Shown here: positions 1 through 13,105 of the stretch, one piece after another
Numbering within the stretch: the first letter of the stretch is position 1
How the letters are laid out: every line of letters begins with the position of its first letter
Source: Mobula hypostoma
Taxonomy: Eukaryota
Direction: 5' to 3'
Assembly: GCF_963921235.1 (NCBI RefSeq)
Contig: NC_086097.1
Coordinates: 27,468,001-27,532,000 of the forward strand
Length of the DNA: 64,000 bases
Notes under the pieces: model-generated
What the model was told of the DNA's origin: nothing
What the model saw: the letters and a program-made list of their open reading frames with translations, nothing else
Databases searched by the model: none
Position numbers and translations under genes: made by a program

Positions 1-130
1 TTTATTGTTTTTTTATTATTGTGCTCTTTATCTTATTGTATATTTTTGTGCTGCATTAGATCTGGAGTAATAATTATTTTGATCTCCTTTACACGTGTAC
101 TGGAAATGACATTAAGTAATCTTGAATCTT
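1..130 (+). mobile_element. 3' tail of a non-LTR element (Rex1/L2-like), cut by the window edge
   Basis: T-rich 3' UTR ending in the short tandem tail aatcttgaatctt. Confidence 0.45.
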
Positions 131-495
131 TACTCCAAAGAGAAAGCCGTAGTTCATTCAACGATCTTCATGCTCACTAATCCAGGCAGTATCCCAGTAA
201 ATTTCCTCTGCACCCTCTATAAAGCTTCCACATTCTTCCTGTAAAGGAGGTGATCAAGACTGAAAACAATAATCCATATGCGGTCTAACCAGGGTTGGCT
301 TCGGTTACCGTATAAGGTAACTGGAGAATGCACCCTAACAGATGTATGTAACAAGTTATAGAGGTACATTTCCTCACAGCTCTTGAACTCAATCCCCCGA
401 CTAATGAAAACCTTCTTAACAACCCTATCAATTTGTGCGGCATCTTTGAAGGATCGATGGATATGGACCCCAAGATCCTGCTGCTCTTCCACAGG
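131..495 (-). mobile_element. Decayed CR1 LINE ORF2 fragment
   Basis: ORF 217..492, EEQQDLGVHIHRSFKDAAQIDRVVKK...ISRGIEFKS, is the typical CR1 RT C-terminal region. Confidence 0.75.
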
Positions 496-684
496 AGGAG
501 TTTACGTGTGTACACTGAGTTTTATGTGTGAATCATTTAACAGATCTGTTAATAATCTGAGAAGATGAAGCATTAGAATAAACTTGCAAATTAGTAATAA
601 GAACTTCTTTAACTAACTAAAAGGGAAAAAATTCCAGAAGGCATTCAGTATGGTGCTACGTAAAAGGATGCTGTTTATTAATCT

Positions 685-940
685 GGCACGGTAGCGTAGT
701 GGTTAGCGTAACACTTTACAACACCAGTGACCCAGGTTCAATTCTGCTGCGGTCTGTAAGGAGATAGTACGTTCTTCCCAGGACCTCGTGGGTTTCCTCT
801 GGGTGCTCCTGTTTCTTCCCACATTCCAAAGATGTATGAGTTAGTAGTTTAATTATTCACATGGGTAAAAATGGGTGATGCGGGTTTGTTGAACTGGGAG
901 GGCCTATTACCATGCCGTATCTCTAAATTTAAAAAAAAAC
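685..940 (+). mobile_element. tRNA-derived V-SINE (HE1-like) with a CR1-like tail
   Basis: A-box-like ggcacggtagcgtagtggttagc and B-box-like ggttcaattc. V-domain cgtgggtttcctctgggtgctcctgtttcttcccacattccaaag. Tail gggcctattaccatgccgtatctctaaa followed by an A-run. Confidence 0.75.
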
Positions 941-1000
941 CATCATAGATACAGGGTCAAAGCAAACAAGCCCATAAAATTTTCTCAACCACAGCCCCTT

Positions 1001-1088
1001 TTTTTTTAATTTTATTTTTATTTGGATAAGGAATTCACAATTATCATGTACTTTTTTCACACATATAACCTTTTCCATTTTTTTATAT
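1001..1088 (-). mobile_element. 88-bp poly(A)-tailed retro-insertion (probable L1 3' end)
   Basis: Perfect 13-bp TSD accacagcccctt at 988-1000 and 1089-1101. T-run and tttatt at the left end read as AATAAA plus poly(A) on the minus strand. Confidence 0.8.
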
Positions 1089-1144
1089 ACCACAGCCCCT
1101 TCTATTGTTTTCTGAAATGTTGGCTACCCTTCTAAAAGATCCAA

Positions 1145-1278
1145 TGTCCCAATGAAGGGTCTCAGCCCAAAATGTCGACTGTTAATTCTTCTCCATAGAT
1201 GCTGACTGATTTGCTGAGTTCCTAGAGCATTTTATGTGTGTTGCTCAAGATGTTCAGCACTTGTAGAATCTCGTGTTT
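1145..1278 (+). mobile_element. Degenerate Penelope pLTR / hammerhead-module copy
   Basis: aatgaagggtctcagcccaaaatgtcgact...catagatgctg...tgtgtgttgc aligns by eye to 19999-20130; the catalytic core is mutated. Confidence 0.65.
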
Positions 1279-1394
1279 ACCCTTTTACAAATACCAGCCC
1301 CGCCCAAGCCAAACACCATGCTAACTTTGAAACTAGTAGCTGTATCTTCATTACTGTGGGGTTAAACCACTATTCTTGTTACGGTTTGAGTCTC

Positions 1395-2040
1395 TGGTAA
1401 ATAAGGTAAATGCAATGATGGCGTTTATTTCAAGGGGAATAGAATATAAAAGCAAGGAGGTAATGCTGAGCCTTTAAAAGACACTAGTCAGGTCGTACTT
1501 GGAGTATTGTCAGCAGTTTTGGGCCCCATATATCAGAACAGAAGGATGTGTTGTCATTGGTGAGAATTCAGAGGAGGTCCACGAGGATGATTCCAGGAAT
1601 GAAAGGGTTAACATATGAGGAACGTTTGGCACCTTTAGGCCTGTACTCACTGAAATTTAAAAGTATGTGGGGGGGGGCGGAATCTCTTTGAAACTTACTG
1701 AACGTTTGAAAGACATGTTGAGAGGATGTTTCCTATGATGGGGGTATCCAGAACTAGAGGGTACAGCCTCAAAATTGAGGGGTGACACTTTAGAACAGAA
1801 GTAAAGAGGAATTTTTTTTAGCCAGTGAGTAATGAATCTGTGGAATGCTCTGCCACAGACTGCAGTGGAGGCCAAGTCCGTGGGTATACTTAAGGTGGAA
1901 GTTGATTGTTTCCTGATCGGTCAGGGCATCAAAGGACATGGCGAGAAGGCAGGTGTTTGGGGTTGAGTGGGATCCGGGATCAGCCAGCAGAGCAGACTTG
2001 ATGGACTGAATGGGCTAATTCTGCTCCTATGTCTTATAGA
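1395..2040 (+). mobile_element. CR1 LINE 3' fragment
   Basis: Encodes ISRGIEYKSKEVMLSL...LEYCQQFWAP; the 3' UTR ends gggctaattctgctcctatgtcttat. Confidence 0.85.
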
Positions 2041-3324
2041 TTTTTGGTAACCCACACACAAGGGGAAACACATATACCAAACATCAGCTGCAATCTCCCC
2101 CACCTTTTCGGAGCGTTAAACAATAGCTACTGGCCTTGCCAACAATACCCACATCCAAAAACATCAAAACTATTCAAAGCTCGGATGTTTGTCTTGGTGT
2201 GCAAGGAGAAGAGACTGGAGAAAAAGAAGGAGAGCCTTATATTTCTATTTATGCATCTGCTATTTGTAGAATGATTTGCATTGTTACATGTAAGCAAGTG
2301 CTTGTCACAGCAAGTTAAAAATGATAGCAGATCCAACCTTGATTTCAAAACACATCTGAGAACTCCCACGAAGCATTCCAATGGAAACAACAGCAAATGC
2401 AAATCAGAAAAGATGCTGGAATTCTGAAATTGTAAACAGAAAATGCTAGAAATACTCCACAGGTAAGATAGTATCTGTGGAGAGAAAAACAGAGATAACA
2501 CTTCAGAAACATGAACGGCAAGAAGAAACAAGAACTATTGCTTCTTCCTCCACAGATACTATCTGACCTGCTGAACATTTCCATCATTTTCTATTCATGT
2601 TGCATTGGAAACAACATTTGCCTTTCTCTGTGGTTCTGTAGAAGTGCTCCTTATCCTCCTGACATTTATGTCTCGCTGCCTTGGTAAAGTAGCCAGCATA
2701 ATCAAATATCCTGGACATCCTCCCTTTTCCCCATCCCATTAGGTAGAAGATGCAAAAGCTGGATACACATATCACCAGGCTCAAGACCGGCTTCTATTCT
2801 GCTGTTACAAGACCATTGAACAATGCCCTAATATGGGAAATTGGACTCAGAGATTCAGATTCACTTATTCATCAGATATAGATCAAATCATACAGTGAAA
2901 TGCAACATTTGCATTAACAACCAATACAACCTAAGGAAGTGCTGGGGTAGCCTGCACATGTTGCCACACATTCGAGCATTAACATCGCATGTCCGCAATG
3001 TTCAGCAGAACAACACAAGCAACAACAACAACAGAATAACAGCAAAGCAAGCCCCATTCCCTCTCACCTACCCACACAGGCAAACCTCTAACCCCAGGAC
3101 AGGCCTTCTCTAGGCCTCTGGTGGACTTGGTTTCTAAGACATTGGGCCTTCGACTTCCCCAGTGACAACCTCCCTCCTTATGACCCTGCAATCTTCTCTG
3201 CAACTGTAACACTTTATCTTGCACTCTGTTATTATTTGATCTTGTACCATCTCAATGCACCACTGTAATGAATTGATCTGTATGAATGTTATGCAAGACA
3301 GGTTTTTCACTGTTGTTCAGTTAG

Positions 3325-6300
3325 ACCATAAGACTATAAGATATAGGACCAGAATTAAGCCATCCAGTCCATCAAGTCTTCTTCGCCATTTCCCTCTCAA
3401 CCCATTCTCCTGCCTTCTCCCCATAACCTTTCATACCCTGACTAATCAAGAAACTGTCAATTTCCGCCTTAAATACACTCAATGTACTGGCCTCTACAGC
3501 TGCCTGTGGCAATGAATTCCACAGATTCACCACCCTTTGGATAAAGAAATTCATCCTCATCTCCATTCTAAATTGACATCCCTCTATTCTGAGGCAGTGC
3601 CCTCTGGTCCTAGACTCTCCCACCATAGGAAACATCCCTTTTACTTCCACCCTATCTAGGCCTTTCACTATTCAATAGGTTTCAATGAGAAACCCTTTCA
3701 TTCTTCTAAATTCTAGTGAGTAAAAGCCCAGAGCTATCAATCGTTCCTCATATGATAAGCCTTTTATTTCCGGAATCATTCTCATGAATCTCCCCTGAAC
3801 TCACTCTAATGTCAGCACATCTTTTCTTAAATAAGGGGCTAAAAACTGCTTGCAATGCTCCCAGTGAAGCCTCATCAGTGCCTTATAAAGCCTCAGCATT
3901 ACGTCCTTGCTTTCACCTGTTCTTTAACAGATTTGACAGTGTGGCCCCTGCCCATCCCACACATGAGCCATCTGTTGTCAGCCCCCAACCAATACATATT
4001 CCACTCTCCCCTCCTACCCCTCCTCACAGTCCCCCACCCTGCTCTCATGACTATACCCCTTCCCCACACGAAACCACCACGGTGGGCTTCACAGCTCTAC
4101 AAGTGAGAAGACAGCTGAAACGTCTCAACCCAAGCAAGGCTGCAGGACTGGATGGTGTCAGTACCAGGGTGCTCAAAGCCTGTGCCCCTCAGCTATGTGG
4201 AGTACTTCGCCATGTATTCAACCTGAGCCTGAGGCTCTGGAGGGTTCCTGTATTGTGGAAGATGTCCTGCCTCGTCCCTGTGCCGAAGACGCCGCGCCCC
4301 AGCGGTCTCAATGACTACAGACTGGTGGCATTGACCTCCCACATCATGAAGATACTGGAGAAACTGGAGCTGCTCCGGCCTGTGGTCAGGCCACACTTAG
4401 ATCCCCTCCAGTTCGCCTACCAGCCCCAACTAAGAGTTGAGGATGCCATCGTCTTCCTGCTGAACCGTGTCTACACCCACCTGGACAAGCCAGTGAGCAC
4501 TGTGAGGGTCATGTTTTTTGACTTCTCCAGTGCGTTCAACACCATCCGCCCTGCTCTGCTGGGGGAGAAGCTGACAGCGATGCAGGTGGATACCTCCCTG
4601 GTATCATGGATTCTTGATTACCTGACTGGCAGACCACAGTACGTGTGCTTGCAACACTGTGTGTCCGACAGAGTGATCAGCAGCACTGGGGCTCCACAGG
4701 GGACTGTCTTGTCTCCCTTTCTCTTCACCATTTACACCTCGGACTTCAACTACTGCACGGAGTCTTGTCATCTTCAGAAGTTTTCAGATGACTCTGCCAT
4801 AGTTGGATGCATCAGCAAGGGAGATGAGGCTGAGTACAGGGCTACGGTAGGAAACTTTGTCACATGGTGTGAGCAGAATTATCTGCAGCTTAATGTGAAA
4901 AAGACTAAGGAGCTGGTGGTAGACCTGAGGAGAGCTAAGGTACCGGTGACCCCTGTTTCCATCCAGGGGGTCAGTGTGGACATGGTGGAGGATTACAAAT
5001 ACCTGGGGATACGAATTGACAATAAACTGGACTGGTCAAAGAACACTGAGGCTGTCTACAAGAAGGGTCAGAGCTGTCTCTATTTCCTGAGGAGACTGAG
5101 GTCCCTTAACATCTGCCGGACGATGCTGAGGATGTTCTACGAGTCTGTGGTGGCCAGTGCTATATGTTTGCTGTTGTGTGCTGGGGCAGCAGGCTGAGGG
5201 TGGCAGACACCAACAGAATCAACAAACTCATTGGTAAGGCCAGTGATGTTGTGGGGATGGAACTGGACTCTCTCACAGTGGTGTCTGAAAAGAGGATGCT
5301 GTCTAAGTTGCATGCCATCTTGGTCAATGTCTCCCATCCACTACATAATGTACTGGGTGGGCACAGGAGTACATTCAGCCAGAGACTCATTCCACCGAGA
5401 TGCAGCACTGAGCATCATAGGAAGTTATTCCTGCCTGTGGCCACCAAACTTTACAACTCCTCCCTTGGAGGGTCAGACATCTTGAGCCAATAGGCTGGCC
5501 CTGGACTTATTTCATAATTTACTGGCATAATTTACATATTACTATTTAACTATTTATGGTTCTATTACTATTTATTATTTATGGAGCAACTGTAACGGAA
5601 ACCAATTTCCCCCAGGATTAATAAAGTATGACTATGACTATATTCTAGTCCTCTCAATATAAGTGCTAATATTGCAATTGCCTTCCTCATTACTGACTCA
5701 ACTTGCAAATTAACCTTTGGGGAATTCTGCACAAGGATTCCCAAATACCTTTGCACCTTTGATTTTTGAATTTTCTCCCTGTTTAGAAAATAGTATATGC
5801 TTTTATTCCTTCTACCAAAGTGCATGACCATATATATCCTAGCACTGTATTCCATCTGCCACTTTTTTGCCCATTCTCCTAATCTGTCTAAGTCCTTCTG
5901 CAGCCTCCCTGCTTCCTTAACACTACCTCCACCTCTACCTATCTATATCATCCATAAAATTGACCAGAAAACCATCAATTCTGTCATCCATGTCAAAGAA
6001 GTGTCCCAATACCAACTTCTGCTGAACTTCACTAGTCAATAGAAGCCAACCAGAAAAGACTCCCTTTATTCCTACTCTTTGCCTCCCGCCAGTCAGCCAA
6101 TCTGTACTAGTATCTTGCCTGTAATACCATGGGCACTTACCTTGTTATGCAGTGCTATGTGCGGCACCTTGTCAAAGGCCTTCTGAAAATCCAAGTACAC
6201 AACATCCACTGATTCTCCTTTGTCTATCCTGCCTGTTATTTCTTCAAAGAATTCCAATACATTTGTGAGGCAAAATTTTCCCTTAAGGAAACTATGCTGT

Positions 6301-6470
6301 CTTTGGTCAATTTTATCACGTGCCTCCAAGTACCCCCAAACCACATCCTTAACAATCGACTCCAATATCTTCCCAACCTCTGAGGTCAGACTAGCTGGCC
6401 TATAATTTCCTTTCTACTATTCTCCTTCTTGAAGAGTGGGGTGACATTTGCAGTTTTCCAGTCCTCTGGA
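3325..6470 (-). mobile_element. CR1 LINE (3' part) split by a Rex1/Babar insertion
   Basis: ORFs 3372..3668, 5568..5855 and 6093..6365 (VYLDFQKAFDKVPH). Host sequence ...ccttgcttt / tattctagtcctctc is continuous across 3914-5640. Confidence 0.85.
3914..5640 (+). mobile_element. Young 5'-truncated Rex1/Babar-like LINE (RT domain)
   Basis: ORF 3809..5197 has DFSSAFNTI, GAPQGTVLSPFLF and KFSDDS. A 1-bp frameshift near 5163 leads into ORF 5164..5493. The 3' end is AATAAA plus a (tatgac)n tail. Confidence 0.9.
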
Positions 6471-7535
6471 ACCTGTGACAATAATACATGCTATTTTAGT
6501 AATATAATAATAATATTACATGTGAAAATAATAAACCAATTTACCAATTGTATACATTCACCAAAGGATAATAGCCATTGGGGGAAGAGGAACTGTAGAG
6601 ACTGGGGATCTGTCTCGAGATGGGAACTTCAGGTCAAGAGGGCACCGAGCTGAGGTCGCTACGCGATCATGGCTCAAACTTAGTTCATTATAAGTTTATA
6701 GTGATGGGTTTGGGGTCAGAGAGAAGAGGTAGGGGTAAGGTTAGGGTGTAAGGACAAGGAGATATTGAGGGACAAGTTTGTGTAAGATTTACAGGTCAGG
6801 CTGCACTCTAGGCCTGTGGTGAAAGGCCAGCAGTGTGGACATGTGATGAAGGGCATCTGGAGTCAAAGTCTTTGCTCCGCTCTCCGTGCTTGAAGGGTAG
6901 CGACGTGGATCTGTGATGAAGGACATCTGTGGATGTCCGACTGGCAAGTGCAGTGGACGAGGTCAGTGAGGATGACAGCTGGTGGACCCCCACCTCTCTC
7001 ATGCCAGTGAGACCCCCATGTCAGCAAGTGCTGGAACTGGATATCCATGTGGGCAGGGCTGGTGACCTTCTAGATGAGTCCGGAGTTTGAGGCCTGGAGC
7101 TTGGTATCCTGTCATCGGCTAGGCCTGGGGTCGACACCGAAGATTGAAGCTTGAAGGTCGATTGGAAGTGGAAGACTGGGCCGAAACTTCAGATGTACGA
7201 GTATAATAGTCCACTGGGAAACTTGGAGGCCCACTCTCTGCGGGTCCACTGGAGGCTGGAGGTCTGCAGGCCTGAACTGGGGTTGGAAGACTGTGTATGT
7301 ATGAATGGGTGGGTGGGTGGGAGAGAGTAAAGGGGTTTGTTTTTGCTGCTTTGTTCCTGCTGTTGTGTTGCGTTATTCCTCTGAACATTGTGGGCATGCG
7401 ATTTTGGTGCCAGAATCTGTGGTGACACTTGTTGGCTGCCCTCAGCACATTCTTAGGTCGAGTTGGCTGATAAGGCAAATGACGCATTTCACTGTATATT
7501 TCAATGTACGTTTGATCAATAAGTGAAACTTAATC

Positions 7536-8295
7536 TAGTCATAGTCATAGTCATACTTTATTGATCCCGGGGGAAATTGGTTTCCGGTACAGTTGCTCCA
7601 TAAATAATAAATAGTAATAGAACCATAAATAGTTAAATAGTAATATGTAAATTATGCCAGTAAATTATGAAATAAGTCCAGGACCAGCCTATTGGCTCAG
7701 GGTGTCTGACCCTCCAAGGGAGGAGTTGTAAAGTTTGATGGCCATAGGCAGGAATGACTTCCTATGACGCTCTGTGTTGCATCTCGGTGGAATGAGTCTC
7801 TGGCTAAATGTACTCCTGTGCCCACCCAGTACATTATGTAGTGGATGGGAGACATTGATAAAGATGGCATGCAACTTAGACAGCATCCTCTTTTCAGACA
7901 CCACCGTGAGAGAGTCCAGTTCCATCCCCACAACATCACTGGCCTTACCAATGAGTTTGTTGATTCTGTTGGTGTCTGCCACCCTCAGCCTGCTGCCCCA
8001 GCACACAACAGCAAACATGATAGCACTGGCCACCACAGACTCATAGAACATCCTCAGCATCGTCCGGCAGATGTTAAAAGACCTCAGTCTCCTCAGGAAA
8101 TAGAGACGGCTCTGACCCTTCTTGTAGACAGCCTCAGTGCTCTTTGACCAGTTCAGTTTATTGTCAATTCGTATTCCCAGGTATTTGTAATCCTCCACAA
8201 TGTCCACACTGACCCCCTGGATGGAAACAGGGATCACCAGCACCTTAGCTCTCCTCAGGTCTCCTACCAGCTCCTTAGACTTTTTCACATTAAGC
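7536..8295 (-). mobile_element. Second copy of the same Rex1/Babar family (3' ~760 bp), inverted
   Basis: ORF 7689..8288 is nearly identical to the C-terminus encoded at 4890-5493, with the same (tatgac)n tail. Confidence 0.9.
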
Positions 8296-9134
8296 GCAGC
8301 CAGTGCAGAGTACCCCCGTGGTCATTCCCATCAGTAATAAGTATACTGCTTTGGATACTGTTGTGGCGAGGTGGGGGAGGATGACCTACGAGGGAGAAGC
8401 CGCAACAAGAAGGTCTCTGGCTCTGAGGCTCAGAAAGGAAAGGAGAGAAGAGGACTTGTTAAGTGATCTCATGTGCTGCACCTTGTCAAAGACCTTCTAA
8501 AAATCCAAGTACACAACATCCACTGATTCTCCTTTGTCTATCCTGCTTATTATTTCTTCAAAGAATTCCAGCAGATTTGTCAGCTCCTGACACTCTCGAC
8601 CTACTGAGATATTGCTAGTGTCTTCCACAATGAAGACGGATGAAGAATACTTATTCAGTTCATCCATCATTTCCTTGTTCCCCGTTACTACCTCTCCATC
8701 ATCATTTTCCAACAGTCGACATCCACTCTCACTTCTCTTTTAAACTTTATATATCTGTAGAGACTTTTGGTATGCTTTTTAAAATTGTTGGCTAGCTTAT
8801 ATTTGTATTTAAATTTTTCTCTCTTTTTTGACTTTTTTAGCTGCCTTCTGTTGGTTTTTAAGAACTTCCCAATCTTCCAACCTCTGACTAATTTTTGCTC
8901 TATTATATGCGCTCTTTGATTTTTATGTTGGCTTTGACTTATCTTGTCAGCAACAGTTGCGTTATCCTGCCTTTAGAATACTTATCCTTTGGGATGTATT
9001 TGTACCATGCCTTCCAAAACTCCCAGAAACTCCAACAATAGCTGCTCTCTCGCCATCATCCATGCTAGTATCCCCTTCCAATCAATTATGGCCAGCTCCT
9101 TTCTCATGCCTCTGTAATTCCCTTTACTCCACAA
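8296..9134. mobile_element. Scrambled CR1 fragments (ORF1 piece on +, ORF2 pieces on -)
   Basis: QSTPVVIPISNKYTALDTV on + (ORF1-like); NLLEFFEEIISRIDKGESVDVVYLDF on - (ORF 8497..8712). Confidence 0.7.
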
Positions 9135-10331
9135 GTCAGGGAAGTAATAATAGAGAAGCACATATCTTGTGAAGGGTACAAGACCATCTCAAAGGCATTG
9201 AACATACTGTACTTTGGAGCTTAGTGCAGTCCATCACGAAAAAGTGAAATAAAGATGAAATCACAGCTGCACTGCCTACATCAGGCTGCCCCTCAAACTT
9301 AGCCGCCGGAGAAGAATGGCACTTGTAAGAGAGGCTATTGTGATGCCAACAGTCTCTCTGACTGAGCTGTAGAAGTCGGTGGCTGCAACTGGAGATGAAG
9401 TTCATGGCTCTTCAATCTCAAAGGCCTTGCAGAAAAAGGATATTTATGGAAAAGTGGCAAGGTAGAAGCTCTGGCTGAAAAAGAATATCCTTGCCTGTAT
9501 AAACATTGCAAAGCATCACTTACAAGATACTGTAAAGATATGGAAAAAGGTCTTGTGGTTGGCTGAGACTAAAGTGGAACTCTTTGGCCTCAACACTAAG
9601 TGGTATGTGTAGCATAAATCTAATACTGTGCATCAACCAGGTAACACCATCCCTAAAGTATGGTGGAAGTAGCATCATGACATGGGGGATGCTTTTCAGC
9701 AGCAAGGAGTGGAAACTGGGAGGATTGATGGGAAGATGAATGCTGCTAAATACAGAAGAGCCTGGATAAAAACCTGGTAGCCTCTGTCGGAGAGCTTAAT
9801 CAGGGGCGGAAGTTCGTCTTTCAGCAGGACGACCCAAAGCACACTGACAGCGCAACCATGGAGAGGCTTCAAGTGGAGAAACTGATGTCCTTCAGTGGCT
9901 CAGACAGAGTTCTAAACTTAGCCTGGTTGAACACCTCTGGCAAGACCTAAAAATTGCTGTCCACCACCACTCTCTAACTAACCTGGCACAGCTTGAGCAA
10001 TTTTGCAAGGAGGAATGGGCAAATCTTGCTCCATCACATTGTGCAAAGCTAATAGAGACTTATCTAAAAAGACTACCTGCTGTAATAGCTGTGAGAGGAG
10101 CTTCAATTAAGTACTAAGCAAAAGGTGACGAACACTTTTGAACTGCTGATATTTCAGTTTTTGAACTTTTAGTTTTTAATGCTTTACAATTTTCCCTGCT
10201 TTTTGGGCTCTATTGTGGAGTATGTAATACATAAATAAAATTTCTCAGTTAAATTGATCAAAATCCTTAGTTGTAACACTCATTTTTGCAGACAAAGGCT
10301 TGTGACTGAATACTTTTTCCAAGGTCCTGTA
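9135..10331 (+). mobile_element. Decayed Tc1-family DNA transposon (left end missing)
   Basis: Broken frames give WKKVLWLAETKVELFG, KYGGSSIMTWGCFSA, FVFQQD-DPKHT and VEHLWQDLK...LEQFCKEEWANL, which are Tc1 DD34E motifs. Ends ...gaatactttttccaaggtcctg-TA. Confidence 0.85.
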
Positions 10332-11567
10332 TACCCCTCATAATTTTGTATACCTGTATTATGCTCTATAATGATCAATATTCTCAAGTGAACGCTTCTT
10401 GAAAGCATGCAAAAGTTGAAGAAGACTGGGGTGAAATGTGACATTATCACACCTCTCACAATGCAAACCTATTCAAAATGTTCTTCTGCTTAGGTACCAA
10501 TGGGAATGCAGTCACTTTGGTGATATAAGCAAGGATTGCCAGTCACAAGTGGATCACATCTTAACACAGCTGTGACATTGGCAGAGTGAGGGTAAAGCAG
10601 ATGAGGAGAAAATGGGAATGCGAGCTATAATGTTGTTTCAGAGAGTTATTTACCAGAACAGTCCAGCAACAGGTTCCAGCTGAACTGACAGAAGGTGAAG
10701 CAGCAGAAGCAGATTCAGTGGTAACTTTCAAAGTGTAAATGATTATTTTGTCAAAAAAGAAACATCTGCAGAGTTGTGGGGAAAGAGAAAGAAGGTGGAA
10801 AACTTCTTAGTAGTTCTGTATGGGCTAGCACAAGGACAGTGGGCTGAATGGTCTTCAAGTGGTGCCATAAAGAGCAGCAAATTTTGTAAGATTACTTGGT
10901 TTATTAACATGGTGGCCCCTTAAAACACATGTATTTAATAGTCTATTAAAATACTTAAACTTTGCACCTAAAATGCTTATAAATTTTCCCTTTTACTGCA
11001 GGGGTTGTTAGGTCCACTTTCCATTACTGGCATCCAACCTGAAAAATAAAGCTTCACTTAAGTAAAAAGTCTCAGCAATTGGGACCCAGGTTATAGCCGT
11101 GTCTGTGCAATCCAAATCAACACAGTATGAAAACATGAGGGAGAGAGGAACAGACGGATAAGCTGGTGAGAGGAGGCTTGTGTCAAGTGTAAACAGTCAC
11201 ATCGAAAAGCCTGTGCTGTTATTTTCAGGATAATTTCATTAAGTAATTCTTGAGTGGCACACATCAAGATCTCTCCACATTCGAAGGAATTTAAAAACAA
11301 AAAAAAGAATTTTAAATGCATTAAAATCAGTGCAAATGTTACTTTAAGTGCTGAACCCATCTGTTTAACTTCAGTGATGTTATTTTATGGCTTACTATGG
11401 GAGGCTGTACCCTGTTTAATTGTCAGTGTGGACCTGTTTGCCTCCTGTTACCTCATGCCAATACACCAACTGTAGAGGAAACACATGAGTATGTTGGAGT
11501 GAACTCTCAGATTAGTGACTTGCTCATGTGTGGCTGATTCAGATGGAAGACAAAAGACGGTTTTTAC

Positions 11568-11665
11568 CTGTCTCAGGATCGCTGAAATCAGGCAGAGTGA
11601 TGGTGTTCAGGTTTCGTCTGTCTGCTATAACTCTGTCTAGAAGGCTGCTCCCTCTCCCGGAGTCA
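11568..11665 (-). CDS. TTC7B: TTC7B internal coding exon (98 bp), (S)DSGRGSSLLDRVIADRRNLNTITLPDFSDPET(G)
   Basis: Boundaries are tgtgttgcag|T GAC TCC...GAG ACA G|gtaaaa. Completes the AG|T Ser codon from the previous exon and matches the recalled TTC7B linker. The gene continues beyond both ends of the window. Confidence 0.94.
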
Positions 11666-13105
11666 CTGCAACACATTTCAAAATTACAAAATGTAACAAA
11701 AAATATAGATTTAGTGGAATTGTATTATTGTCACACGTACCGAGATACAGTGAATAACTGTCTGTGTGATCCAGATGAATCATTCCAGACATAAGGACAC
11801 AGGTAGTAAAATTAAAACAACACAGAATATATTGTTGCAGTTACAGGGAAAGTGATGTGCAGTTAGACAAATAAAGTTCAAGGGCCATAATATAGTAAAT
11901 TAGAAGATCAAGCATTCATTTTTAGCAGTCAAGAATCTGACAACAGCAAGATAGAAACTGACCTTGAGTCTTAGTGCATAATGGGTAGAAGATACAAACG
12001 CTTGAAAGCCATACCACCAGATTCAAGGACAGCTTCTATCCCACTGACATCAGACTCTTAACCAGACCTCTTAAACAATAAGATGGATTTAACCTCACAA
12101 TCTACCTTGTTATGAACTTGTACTTTATTGCTTACCTGCACTGCACTTTCTTTGCAGCTTTTACACTTTATTCTGCATTGTTATTGTTTTGCATTGTTCT
12201 ACCTCAATGAACTGTGAAATTATTTGATCTGTATAAACAGTAGGCAAGACAAGCTTTTCACTGTATCGGTACATGTGATAATAATAAACTATTTCCTTTA
12301 ACCTGACAGTACATGCTTTCTGGAAAAGAACCAAGATAAAATAGGAGCAACATATTTAAATCAGGATAATGATAGCATTACTATTTTGAGATTGGATTTA
12401 GTAGAAATGGACTGGAAACAGCTGCTTTGATAAGAAATCATTCTTGGAGCAATGGCAGGGGAATCAAGAGGTTTGAAGCAAACATTCTCACAAAGAGAAA
12501 GGGCAAGACCACCATATCTAGAGCTTGCTAAGTGCATAGAGGGTTTAACAAGGCAATGAGAGTTTTAGCATAAAGCACAGGGGTGGAATTAAGAAAATTA
12601 AAAAATGGCTTTTAAGTGCATAGAGTGCAACATAAAATTTAAGGGAAATGAAGAGTTTATATAGGACAAGAAAGACATGTAGATGTCTGGGGTGTGAATG
12701 AGGTTAACGTTCGTTTTGTGGCTGTCTTTACAGCAAGGATGATGCTAGCACTCTAGTTAGATGAACCCTTGTGAAATACAGTACGGCATTAACTAAACAT
12801 CAGTAAAGAGAAATATGAAGAGGTACAGTATCTTTAAAAATGGATAAACCATAGGCCCAGATTAAATCTCTCCCAGTCAGGTAAAAGGTGGAAGCTGACA
12901 GTGGAGATTTTAACTAGCTTTTCAGTTGTGCCAGAAGATTAGAATGTTGTTGTATTGAACATGGTGGGCATGCTGTGTTGGCACTGAAATGTGTGGCGAC
13001 ATTTGCGGGCAGCCCCCAGCACATCCTCAGTCAATGTTGGTTGTTAATGCAAACAATGCATTCTGTTTTGATGCACATGTGATAAATAAATTAATCTGAC
13101 TCTGA

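Noticed and set aside
685..760. Possible tRNA gene
   Set aside because: The A/B boxes run straight into a V-domain and LINE tail with no full cloverleaf; this is a SINE head.
2127..2235. Strong minus-strand polypyrimidine tract as a possible TTC7B exon acceptor
   Set aside because: Both candidate AGs hit a stop within 14 codons in the required phase, and the peptide does not match the expected next exon, which seems to lie outside the window.
6833..6930. Two ~26-bp direct repeats containing GTGATGA (box C-like or hammerhead-like)
   Set aside because: There is no properly spaced box D (CTGA) with a terminal stem and no CUGANGA/GAAA pairing. It is on the strand opposite the host gene, and two copies do not make an array.
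11528..11794. 88-aa plus-strand ORF over non-repeat sequence
   Set aside because: It is the antisense shadow of the TTC7B exon at 11568-11665.
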